Made by a program: the position numbers and the translations under genes. From contig CAVFBC010000001.1 in NCBI GenBank assembly GCA_963620575.1, positions 111,912 through 175,911 of the forward strand: 64,000 nt of DNA. Reading direction: 5' to 3'. Source of the DNA: Alistipes putredinis (lineage in GTDB: Bacteria > Bacteroidota > Bacteroidia > Bacteroidales > Marinilabiliaceae). The notes below the pieces were generated by a model. It had not been told where the DNA came from. It saw nothing but the letters and a program-made list of their open reading frames with translations, and made no database searches. This document shows positions 1-8,465 of the stretch, in pieces. Numbering within the stretch: position 1 is the first letter of the stretch; every line of letters begins with the position of its first letter.

Positions 1-126
1 GGGCAAAGGCTAAATTCCGAGGTAGGATATATACCGATAGCCGACTCTGTAAGGCAGCTATCATTAGAAAAACTCAAAAAAGGTATATAGCCATTTTTAT
101 TCATAGTTGCGCATACTCAAATAGAG

Positions 127-162
127 AAGCCAACTTTGCGGCCTAAGCCGTGAAGTTGGCTT
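127..162 (+). terminator. Stem-loop, probably the terminator of the gene lying upstream of the window
   Basis: Perfect 10-bp inverted repeat aagccaactt (127-136) / aagttggctt (153-162), followed by T-rich taactttgttt. Confidence 0.35.
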
Positions 163-169
163 AACTTTG
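162..169 (+). promoter_or_regulatory. Bacteroidota-type -7 promoter box (TAnnTTTG)
   Basis: taactttg lies 41 nt upstream of the ATG at 210. Confidence 0.4.
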
Positions 170-209
170 TTTCCTAAGACATTAATTCATCCCAAAAGCA
201 TAGTAACAA

Positions 210-1682
210 ATGAAACAGGCGACTTGGCGAAAACATCACAAATGGTTCGGCATAATTGCAGGTTTTTTCCTTGTCATGTTCTGCTGGAGCGGAATAATAT
301 TAAACCACAGAGGATTCTTTTCTAACTGTGAAGTGAGCAGGGGTATGCTCCCTTCGAGTTATCAGTTTAATAATTGGAATGGGGGTATCTTGCGTGGCAT
401 GATGCAGTCAAGTGGCGGTAGTACTTATCTATATGGTAACAGTGGAATTTGGAGGAAAGACAGTCTGAATGGCTATCAAGAGTTTAATTCAGGTTTGCCT
501 GATGGCGTTGATAACAAAAACATCCGCGCAATTGTCGAAGTGTCTATTTCAGACAAATGTAATTATATATTCGCACTAAGCACGACACAACTTTATAGGC
601 TTGAATCTGAAGAAAGATGGATTCCCATTGACTTGATTTCAGATGACGAGCGAATGTCTGACTTGGTATACGAGCGAGACACTCTCGTCGTCATCGGCAG
701 GTCTCACTTATACACTTCAGTTTACCCATTTACCGACTTCCAAAAGACATCCTTAAAACCATCAGACGAATATGATGGCAAAACAACCCTCTTTAAGACA
801 ATATGGATGTTACATAGTGGCGAGATGTTCGGTTTGGTCGGCAAGATTGTAATGGATATTGTAGCTGTCATATTGATTTTGCTCTACATGACAGGTGTGA
901 TATATTGGCTGCTGGTGGCGAAAACAAAGAGGCAGGCTAAGAGAGGTATGGCCTCTCAAAATAAATGCATTTTGCCCCACATCCGGCGCAGTTTCAACTG
1001 GCATGAGTTTTTGGGTCGGAAAACAATTGTGGTGACTCTGTTCGTATGTTTAACTGGGTGGTGTCTTCGCCCGCCATTGATGGTAATAGGCGTGTTGACT
1101 CGCGTGCCAGCCATACCGCATACTGAGTTGGCTGATCCTAACCCATGGCATGATAAGTTAAGGGCATTGAGATATGATGAGAAAATGGGCGATTGGCTTC
1201 TATCCTCATCCGATGGCTTCTATTCGCTTAAAAATCTAAGTGCTAAACCCATGCAGATTAGAGATGCTCCACCCGTAAGTGTGATGGGAATTAATGTCAT
1301 GCGACATGGCGAGTCCGAATGCTCTTGGTTAATAGGCTCTTTCTCTGGATTATACGTTTGGAACCGGATTAATGGGGTCTCCCTTGACTATTTCACAGGT
1401 TCTGAGCCCCCGCAGAAAAAAGGTATTCCCATTGGCGAGCATGACGTGTGTGGCTGGATGAATGGCCCAGTCGAATATACGTCAGGAACTAATGTTGAGC
1501 CTATGCCTGATAATTTCAGGGACCTGCCTATGTCGTTGTGGAATTTGGCTCTTGAGGTGCACACTGGGCGGATTTACACATTTATGGGTATGTTCAGCAC
1601 ACTTCTTTGGGTTTTCTTGGCTGGGGCTGCAGCCTTATGGTCCATATGGACCGGATGGAAAATAAGGCGAGCAAAGAGATAA
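210..1682 (+). CDS. PepSY-associated TM-helix domain membrane protein
   Basis: N-terminus WRKHHKWFGIIAGFFLVMFCWSGIILNH is the typical PepSY_TM signature. Further TM helices occur mid-protein and at the C-terminus. Confidence 0.75.
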   Translation: MKQATWRKHHKWFGIIAGFFLVMFCWSGIILNHRGFFSNCEVSRGMLPSSYQFNNWNGGILRGMMQSSGGSTYLYGNSGIWRKDSLNGYQEFNSGLPDGVDNKNIRAIVEVSISDKCNYIFALSTTQLYRLESEERWIPIDLISDDERMSDLVYERDTLVVIGRSHLYTSVYPFTDFQKTSLKPSDEYDGKTTLFKTIWMLHSGEMFGLVGKIVMDIVAVILILLYMTGVIYWLLVAKTKRQAKRGMASQNKCILPHIRRSFNWHEFLGRKTIVVTLFVCLTGWCLRPPLMVIGVLTRVPAIPHTELADPNPWHDKLRALRYDEKMGDWLLSSSDGFYSLKNLSAKPMQIRDAPPVSVMGINVMRHGESECSWLIGSFSGLYVWNRINGVSLDYFTGSEPPQKKGIPIGEHDVCGWMNGPVEYTSGTNVEPMPDNFRDLPMSLWNLALEVHTGRIYTFMGMFSTLLWVFLAGAAALWSIWTGWKIRRAKR

Positions 1683-1775
1683 TTCGTTTTTAACTATCGG
1701 AAAGTGAACGATATGCGCACTGTTGCGTAGAAGAAGGAGAGTGTATTACTCGTTACCTTTCTAAAAAGTTCTCTT

Positions 1776-2918
1776 ATGTCCGAATCTCCATCTAATGTCC
1801 GTATTCACGGCAAAAGCCAAAGCCGCACTGTGCTTGGCATTGTGAACGCCTATTTGGTGATGCACCCTGAGACTACTGTCGAAAAGCTGCGAGAGGCCTT
1901 TCCTTGCAAAGTAGCTCATAAATTTGCCAAGTGGGGTGAAGAGAATCCCGACCCAATGAAGCGCGAGGGCCTTTTCCATGTAATTGAGATGAAAGATGGC
2001 AAGCGCGTCTGGAAGGCGACTGGCGAGGCTGTTGTGCCGACAACGACAATTTTTGAGCAGGAGGACGAGACAATCCATCTCTCTGATGGAACAGAAGTTG
2101 CCATGGAGAGTACCTGGGTTGTGGACGATTACCTTGCCATGGTCGATTGGGCAAGGCAGTATGGTATCGAGATAGCGTCTTTTCAAAAAGCGGACGGTGG
2201 TTTCGTAAAAGGCTCTTTCTCGCTTGAGTATTTGCATGGTTACTCACCTGTAGAGTCTAACATCTCACGGTCAGCGCCACTTTATGTAGTGGCAGAACCC
2301 AAGAGTGAAGAGGTCTCCGAGAAGCAATCACAAAAAGAAGTCTCGCTTCAGCCGGCCTCCATTTGGCCAATGCTGCTTTGCGCTTTGCTTGTGCTTCTGC
2401 TTGTAGTGCTAATTTTGTGGCTGCACTCATTCTGTGCGTGCCATTCAATTGTTCGAGACAAGAATCTCACAGCGACAGAGACTATCATTCAGAAGCCAGA
2501 GAATGTTTGTGAAGACAGTCTAAAGTCTGTAGTTTCTGCGCAAACTGATACGTCGTCAACATCTGTATTAGAGGAACAGAAGGCTCAAGTGGCCCAAATC
2601 CAAAACACATTCAACTCGATAAAATTCCCTAAGGGTAAGGCTGCGCTTGACGATGAGAAGAAATCCGCGCTAAATGATTTAATATCTACCATGAAGAGCA
2701 ATCCAGCAATGAAAATCAGAATTACTGGACATTCAAGCTCAGATGGTGACCCGACTTACAATCAGAAATTGTCTGAGCAGAGAGCCCGTGTTATTGTTGA
2801 GTACATAAAGAGCCAAGGAGTAGAGCCAGACAGGTTAGAAGCTGAGGGTAAAGGAAGCTCGCAGCCGGTGAGTGACAACCCCGAAGAGAATCGAAGGACC
2901 GAGATGACAGTCTTGTGA
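1776..2918 (+). CDS. OmpA-family peptidoglycan-binding protein with a signal-less N-terminal domain and a single TM helix
   Basis: The C-terminus ITGHSSSDGDPTYNQKLSEQRARVIVEYI...RLEAEGKGSSQPV...NRRTE matches the OmpA_C motif. There is one hydrophobic helix, IWPMLLCALLVLLLVVLILWL. No signal peptide is present. Confidence 0.8.
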   Translation: MSESPSNVRIHGKSQSRTVLGIVNAYLVMHPETTVEKLREAFPCKVAHKFAKWGEENPDPMKREGLFHVIEMKDGKRVWKATGEAVVPTTTIFEQEDETIHLSDGTEVAMESTWVVDDYLAMVDWARQYGIEIASFQKADGGFVKGSFSLEYLHGYSPVESNISRSAPLYVVAEPKSEEVSEKQSQKEVSLQPASIWPMLLCALLVLLLVVLILWLHSFCACHSIVRDKNLTATETIIQKPENVCEDSLKSVVSAQTDTSSTSVLEEQKAQVAQIQNTFNSIKFPKGKAALDDEKKSALNDLISTMKSNPAMKIRITGHSSSDGDPTYNQKLSEQRARVIVEYIKSQGVEPDRLEAEGKGSSQPVSDNPEENRRTEMTVL

Positions 2919-2938
2919 TATATGATTATAGAATTGAA

Positions 2939-2970
2939 CAACCCGTGTTTCCGACATGGGTTGTTTTTTT
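2939..2970 (+). terminator. Rho-independent terminator
   Basis: 9-bp stem caacccgtg/catgggttg (one G-U pair) followed by T7. Confidence 0.7.
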
Positions 2971-3161
2971 ATGCAGTAAAGATCCACTTATTTGAAATAT
3001 AGAAGGCGGCTATACGTTATCAAAATGGTCAGATGTATCTGATATCAAGTCTGACCAATAGGTTTTTAGAAGGGATGAGGGGCCTAATGCCAAACGTGGC
3101 TGGACCCCTCTTTTGTTTGTTGTTGGTATAACACCATGTTGATAATTTCGATAATGTATTA

Positions 3162-3169
3162 TATTTTTG
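3162..3169 (+). promoter_or_regulatory. Bacteroidota-type -7 box (TAnnTTTG)
   Basis: tatttttg lies 61 nt upstream of the ATG at 3230. Confidence 0.35.
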
Positions 3170-3229
3170 TCGGGAATAATTAATTCATCAATAAACACAA
3201 GATTACACTAACCAAACCCTTTTGAGAAA

Positions 3230-4405
3230 ATGAGAGGAAGAATACTTTTCGCCATTTTAGCCTCTTTTGCGGCAACTTACGCCCAAGCACAGGTGGATGC
3301 CGACATAAAAGAAGAGCAGCCTCAAATTAAGCAACAAAATGAGCCATGGTATAAGAACGTCACCCTCAATGGATTTACCATGATGGGGCTTACCACAACC
3401 AAACAGGATGGCGGTAGCAATAGTTCTTTTAATATCAACTTGGCGAGATTAGCAGTGAGCGGAGTTGTGGATGCGAAGGCGGCTGGCCCTTTCTTTTGGA
3501 AGGCTCAGCTTCAAATTAATGGCAACGTGGCTTCGCTCGGAAGTTCGGCACGAATGACAGACTTTTTTGTCGAGTGGCGCAAATACGAGTTCGCACGTGT
3601 GACCGTGGGCGAGTTTTCTCTCCCGTTCACCTTTGAGAGTCCTTTTCATCCGCTTGATGTGGGATTTTCAGACAATGCGCTCTCTGTACTCAAGTTGGTT
3701 GGATATTCAGACAGGTCAGGGCAGAGAAGTAGCAATGGACGCGATTTGGGCGTAATGGTTGAGGGTGATTTTCTTCATGCGTCTGATGGTCACACGATTT
3801 TCCATTACGGCTTATCGGTGGTCAATGGCCAAGGCCTTAATACTAAGGATCTTGACGGAAGGAAAAATATAGTCGGTCAGGTGTGGGTTTCGCCTGTTGA
3901 GACCTTGCGCATAGGTTTCTCGGGTTGGGATGGGACTTTTTGCAGGGATGGCGAGTGGACCGATGATGATGGACGGAAAGTCACAGGGCTTATTTCACTT
4001 GCCCAGCATCGTTACGCCATTTCGGCCGATTGGAACAAAAATGGTTTGACTGCGAGAGCCGAATACATACATTCAACGGGTAACGGCTTCGCTTCGCAAG
4101 ATGATGGCCATACAACTGATGTGTCTCTCAACGAATACGGAAACAAGGCAGATGGATTCTATGCCCTCGTCATGGTGCCTGTATTCCAAAATTCTTTGCC
4201 AGGCAAGATGCGGGTAAAGGCAAGATATGATCTTTATCGGCCCGCAGCCGAAATGTCCTCATCTAAAAGCATAACCAATGTGGCGGCAGATTATTGGTTC
4301 ACGCCAAAAGTAGGATTAGCAGTGGAGTATGGTCACGTGAACGACCGTACGCTGACCCGCCACAACTATAACTATTATGACTTCGAGGTGCAATTAAGGT
4401 TTTAA
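3230..4405 (+). CDS. Outer-membrane beta-barrel porin (possibly OprO/P-like)
   Basis: Signal peptide ending AQAQ, alternating beta-strand pattern and C-terminal aromatic ...EVQLRF. The family assignment is from memory only. Confidence 0.55.
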   Translation: MRGRILFAILASFAATYAQAQVDADIKEEQPQIKQQNEPWYKNVTLNGFTMMGLTTTKQDGGSNSSFNINLARLAVSGVVDAKAAGPFFWKAQLQINGNVASLGSSARMTDFFVEWRKYEFARVTVGEFSLPFTFESPFHPLDVGFSDNALSVLKLVGYSDRSGQRSSNGRDLGVMVEGDFLHASDGHTIFHYGLSVVNGQGLNTKDLDGRKNIVGQVWVSPVETLRIGFSGWDGTFCRDGEWTDDDGRKVTGLISLAQHRYAISADWNKNGLTARAEYIHSTGNGFASQDDGHTTDVSLNEYGNKADGFYALVMVPVFQNSLPGKMRVKARYDLYRPAAEMSSSKSITNVAADYWFTPKVGLAVEYGHVNDRTLTRHNYNYYDFEVQLRF

Positions 4406-4438
4406 CCCTAAAAATGGGGCCTCATACATGAAAACGAT

Positions 4439-4473
4439 TACGCCCGTGAGCCTGATTAAGGTTCACGGGCGTA
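4439..4473 (+). terminator. Stem-loop terminator
   Basis: 11-bp perfect stem tacgcccgtga/tcacgggcgta. The following T-tract is weak. Confidence 0.45.
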
Positions 4474-4745
4474 AAGCTTTTGGGAAATAATTGGTCGGTC
4501 GAGTGTGTGACCTCAGCCGACCACGAGCATGTAGTTGATTGGACTGATTTTTCAGACAATTGACTCATCACGAGGCAAGTCCATTAATTCATGTGCGTGT
4601 ATTTCATAAATCAGTTACACCTAAATCTATGCAATTACCATGCCAAAACGTTCAATACCCTCGAATTATTGGACATTTTAGTTACTCTATCAAGTTTTGA
4701 AAATATTTTCTTATATTTAGAAGCGTTTTTTAACCTGATGACCTA

Positions 4746-6341
4746 ATGAAAAGCAGAATTTTGGGCATTATTGCCGCCATAGCGGGTTCTTGCGCGGCTA
4801 TGGCAGTCAATCCCTACTTGCCACTTTGGGAGTTTATACCAGACGGTGAGCCTTATTTATTTGAAGACCCGGACAACCCGGGGAAATACAGGGTCTACAT
4901 ATATGGCTCTCATGACATAGAGGATAGTATGTATTGTGGGCGTAATCAGGTCGTTTGGTCGGCTGCGGTGGACAACCTTAATGACTGGCGGTATGACGGT
5001 GTAATCTTTGAGAGCAAAAAGGACCGCGATGGGAATTGGCTCTATCCGGACAGCATAGGCGACGTGCTTTACGCCCCCGATGTAACAACAGTGCGCGAGA
5101 AGGATGGGCGCACAGCATATTATCTCTACCCGAACAATCAGGCGTGGGGTAGGAATGGAATGGTGGCAAAGAGTTACAGGCCCGATGGCCCCTTCGAGGT
5201 TTGCAATTGGAGTAAGACAAACCCAACTGAGACTGATGGCGTGCTTCGCTTCGACCCGGCCGTTTTTACGGATGACGATGGGCGTGTGTATGGCTACTGG
5301 GGGTTCAACAACTCTTGGGGGGCTGAGCTTGATCCATCTACAATGGCTACCGTCAAGCCAGGGACTCAGGCTATTGAGGACTTGATACCAGGTAACAGGC
5401 AGGACACCGTGTTTCGGTTCTTCGAGGCGTCCAGCATGCGTAAGGTCAAAGATAAATATATACTGATATACAGCAGGATAACAAACAACGGAGAGTTCGG
5501 ACTCTGGCCAACAAACTACACTCTTGCCTATTGTTATAGCACATCTCCACTCGGTCCATTCACCTATGGTGGCACAATTATAGACGGACGAGGAAAAGAG
5601 TTGCAGCCTGATGGCTCTTTCCGTGCAACAGCCACTTATTATGGAAATACGCACGGAAGCATATTAGAGGTCAATGGCCAGTGGTATGTATTCTATCACA
5701 GGCAGGCGGGCACTACGGAGTTTTCTCGTCAGGCTATGGTAGCACCGATAACTGTCGAGGTCGAGGAGGGACCGGGTGGACGAGTATCAATATCTGAAGC
5801 CGAGTACACGTCTGAGGGTTTTGAACTTGAAGGTCTTGACCCGTTTCGCAAATACGCAGCTGGGATTGCGTGCTACTATACAAACCCGGTGGCTATGCAT
5901 CAGGAGTACCCAAATATGATTTACACTGGCTCGCATACGAAAATTTGCCGGGTAGAGTATGATGGCAAGATCGACCCTTACGATATGTCCATCAGTAAAT
6001 GTCCCATGGTAAACAATACGTCGGGTTCTGTAGTTGGCTACAAATATTACAACCTAAGCAAGACAAAAGGGCTCAAAAAACTCAGTTTGAATGTTGAGTA
6101 TGTTCCGGAGGGTGTTGATGGCATGATTGATGTGTATCTCGACAGGCCAGACCCGAAAACTGGCATCAGAATAGGGTCCATCAAATTATCAGCAAAAGAG
6201 TCACAGACACTTAAGACAGCATATATCGATGCCAAGGTGCTTCGCAAGAAAGAAGGAAAGCACGCCTTGTTCTTCGTTTTCAATTCGCCAGTGCAAGGCA
6301 AGTCGCTTTGTACAATTCATAGTTTGCAGTTTGTGAAGTAG
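4746..6341 (+). CDS. Glycoside hydrolase family 43 (xylosidase/arabinofuranosidase-type) with a C-terminal beta-sandwich
   Basis: Signal peptide. NPYLPLWEFIPDGEPYLFEDPDNPGKYRVYIYGSHD and ...GNTHGSILEVNGQWYVFYHRQ are typical of the GH43 five-bladed propeller. Confidence 0.8.
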   Translation: MKSRILGIIAAIAGSCAAMAVNPYLPLWEFIPDGEPYLFEDPDNPGKYRVYIYGSHDIEDSMYCGRNQVVWSAAVDNLNDWRYDGVIFESKKDRDGNWLYPDSIGDVLYAPDVTTVREKDGRTAYYLYPNNQAWGRNGMVAKSYRPDGPFEVCNWSKTNPTETDGVLRFDPAVFTDDDGRVYGYWGFNNSWGAELDPSTMATVKPGTQAIEDLIPGNRQDTVFRFFEASSMRKVKDKYILIYSRITNNGEFGLWPTNYTLAYCYSTSPLGPFTYGGTIIDGRGKELQPDGSFRATATYYGNTHGSILEVNGQWYVFYHRQAGTTEFSRQAMVAPITVEVEEGPGGRVSISEAEYTSEGFELEGLDPFRKYAAGIACYYTNPVAMHQEYPNMIYTGSHTKICRVEYDGKIDPYDMSISKCPMVNNTSGSVVGYKYYNLSKTKGLKKLSLNVEYVPEGVDGMIDVYLDRPDPKTGIRIGSIKLSAKESQTLKTAYIDAKVLRKKEGKHALFFVFNSPVQGKSLCTIHSLQFVK

Positions 6342-6370
6342 GAAGCCAAAGAACAAAAACTCATAGAGAA

Positions 6371-6425
6371 ATCAAACACCCCGTTACAAAATGCGGAACA
6401 TGCATTTTGTAACGGGGTGTTTGAT
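6371..6425. terminator. Bidirectional terminator between convergent genes
   Basis: 24-bp perfect inverted repeat atcaaacaccccgttacaaaatgc / gcattttgtaacggggtgtttgat with a 7-nt loop. Confidence 0.7.
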
Positions 6426-6457
6426 ATAGATTGAGTTTCTAATTCTTAAGAAGATAT

Positions 6458-7450
6458 TTAATCTTCATTCAGAATGTTGTTTAATGTGTTGGCGTCTATG
6501 CCTGTGCAGGCGGATATGGTATCGATGGACATTCCGTTTTCGAGCATATTTTTGACCATTTGCCGTATCGCCTCCTTCTTACCCTCTGCTTTACCCTTCT
6601 GCAAACCTTCTTTCCTACCCTCTTCTCTACCTTGAACTCTACCTTGTGCCATGCCTTGAGCCATGCCTTTCTGTAAAGCCTCCTCAAGATGCTTTTTTGC
6701 CTCGACTTCAAAAGTATAGTTATCCCTCATCACCTTTATCGCATGGTCATATTTTCTTCTCTCGGCAGGGGTTAGCTCTGCCAATGAGGCTATTGAGGAT
6801 AGCTTTTTGAAAACGGCACTTTTGGCTGCGTATGGCATTCTGTCGAGTGTATCCATGTTTTTAAGTATGTATATCCATCTTTCAAAGTCTGATGAGCATT
6901 CCTCAGGCTCGCTCTTGGCGAAAAGGGGAAGTTGAAGGAAAATCATTCGTAATTTGTTGCTTACAATCTCCCCTGTCTCCCTGTTAGTTATGACAGCGTC
7001 TGTGCGGAACTTATGGAGTGACGCATCTTCGAAATTCATAAAGGCGACTCCATAAACAGCCTTTATGTCATATTGCCACATCGGGCCCTTTTCACCCTGT
7101 TCGGCTATTGAACGTGAGGTGTAGAACAGCATACGGTCAATGAAATTGTCTTGTTTGCGGTTCTGCATCTCGACAATGATATATTCACCTGAGTCCGTTA
7201 GGCAATATATGTCATATATCAAGGCTCTGTCTGCTGATGAGCGTCCGTTTCGCTCCTTGTTAAGGAACTCTATGTCCAAAATGTGGCGCTCCCCGACAAG
7301 GAGACTGTTCAGGAAGTCTATTAGAAGATCCTTATTGACTTCTTGCCCAAAAATCTTCTTGAATCCGAAATCAGTGAACGGGTTTATGAATTTAGCCATA
7401 TAGTCTGGTTCTAATCCGCCTGTGGCAAATATAGGTAATTGGTTGAACAA
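6458..7450 (-). CDS. Rpn-family recombination-promoting nuclease / PD-(D/E)XK putative transposase
   Basis: N-terminus FINPFTDFGFKKIFGQE...LLIDFLNSLL, and a C-terminal G/E/K-rich repeat QGMAQGMAQGRVQGREEGRKEGLQKGKAEGKKEA typical of this family. Confidence 0.8.
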   Translation of the reverse strand: MFNQLPIFATGGLEPDYMAKFINPFTDFGFKKIFGQEVNKDLLIDFLNSLLVGERHILDIEFLNKERNGRSSADRALIYDIYCLTDSGEYIIVEMQNRKQDNFIDRMLFYTSRSIAEQGEKGPMWQYDIKAVYGVAFMNFEDASLHKFRTDAVITNRETGEIVSNKLRMIFLQLPLFAKSEPEECSSDFERWIYILKNMDTLDRMPYAAKSAVFKKLSSIASLAELTPAERRKYDHAIKVMRDNYTFEVEAKKHLEEALQKGMAQGMAQGRVQGREEGRKEGLQKGKAEGKKEAIRQMVKNMLENGMSIDTISACTGIDANTLNNILNED

Positions 7451-7570
7451 ATCAAGCTTCTCAATGAGTTAAAGTTATTAAGGCAAATTATTAGGCCACC
7501 CGTATGAATTGATGTGTATCTCTTTGATTTACAAATCAGTTATGTTAATACAACTTCTTCGTTCGTCCGC

Positions 7571-7610
7571 CAAAAACAAAGAAGGGCGGCAGAAACAAGT
7601 TCTGCCGCCC
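7571..7610 (-). terminator. Rho-independent terminator oriented for the minus strand
   Basis: 11-bp perfect stem gggcggcagaa/ttctgccgccc. On the minus strand it is followed by ttctttgttttt. Confidence 0.55.
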
Positions 7611-7921
7611 CTCACCGCTATGAGAAAAATCACAATCAAAAATGACATTGCCGTTGCAATGCTGCCCAGTCACCGTCGCGGCCCAGGCTCACTCAATGAA
7701 AAACTCCTTTCGACAGCAAAGTTACCAACTCTCTTTAAAACAGCAATAGCAAGAGCAAAAAAAATGAATATTCACTGCGATTTTTTTTGCTTTTGCAGCG
7801 TTGAACTGCATTTCGTCACTTAAAAATGCTCTTTTTATAACGCAAAGTCATTTTATAATTACAACTTGTCAAAAACATAACACAATATTATTTTGAGGTA
7901 GAATCATACTCTATATTTGCA

Positions 7922-7929
7922 TTACGCTA
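7922..7929 (+). promoter_or_regulatory. -7 box (TAnnTTTG) with no long ORF downstream
   Basis: tatatttg. Together with the stem-loop at 8057-8099 it would bound a transcript of roughly 165 nt. Confidence 0.3.
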
Positions 7930-8056
7930 ATGAGGGGAATGACTCTCGAAAATGTAATATATCATTTGAGTCGTGGGTGTGGCTCGTGTTCAGTAAAAGT
8001 GTTTAGCACCCATTGGACTCTTATGAAGGAGATTTAAGGTAGTGATAAGTAATCAT

Positions 8057-8099
8057 AGCCCGGCTATAGTTGTGAAACTGTAGCTGGGTTTTGCTTTTT
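8057..8099 (+). terminator. Stem-loop plus T-tract
   Basis: 13-bp stem agcccggctatag/ctgtagctgggtt (three G-U pairs) followed by ttgcttttt. Confidence 0.4.
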
Positions 8100-8283
8100 G
8101 GGGTCGGTCAAAGGCTTTCTTTATAGTGTCAAAACGCATATGATTTTAGAAGCAGTCTTATTTACTTTGTTTTTGTAAGCAAATAAGGCGGTTTTGCTTA
8201 CTCTTTTGTGCGTATATCACTGAAAATGCACAATTATCATGTTAAAGTGCTCCCGTCCTCTTTTAATTTAATGTTTCATGCGT

Positions 8284-8291
8284 TAAATTTG
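8284..8291 (+). promoter_or_regulatory. -7 box (TAnnTTTG) upstream of gltB
   Basis: taaatttg lies 175 nt upstream of the gltB ATG, implying a long leader. Confidence 0.3.
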
Positions 8292-8465
8292 TGACGTTTT
8301 GAAAGATAAATACTCTCGTCAACGACGATACGTTTATTTCAAAACACAACTTATTAATGAAAAACCTCCTCTCGCGAGGGGTGTGAAGGTCCAGCCCTCA
8401 CTCAATTTTGAACCACACCCCCCTCGGAAACAAGGGAACAGACAAAAAACACAATAAAAAAGACC

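Noticed and set aside
7509-7823. 104-aa ORF in the Rpn-gltB intergenic region
   Set aside because: It has no motif and an odd composition, and it runs through a strong hairpin terminator. The region is better treated as non-coding (see the finding for 7451-8465).
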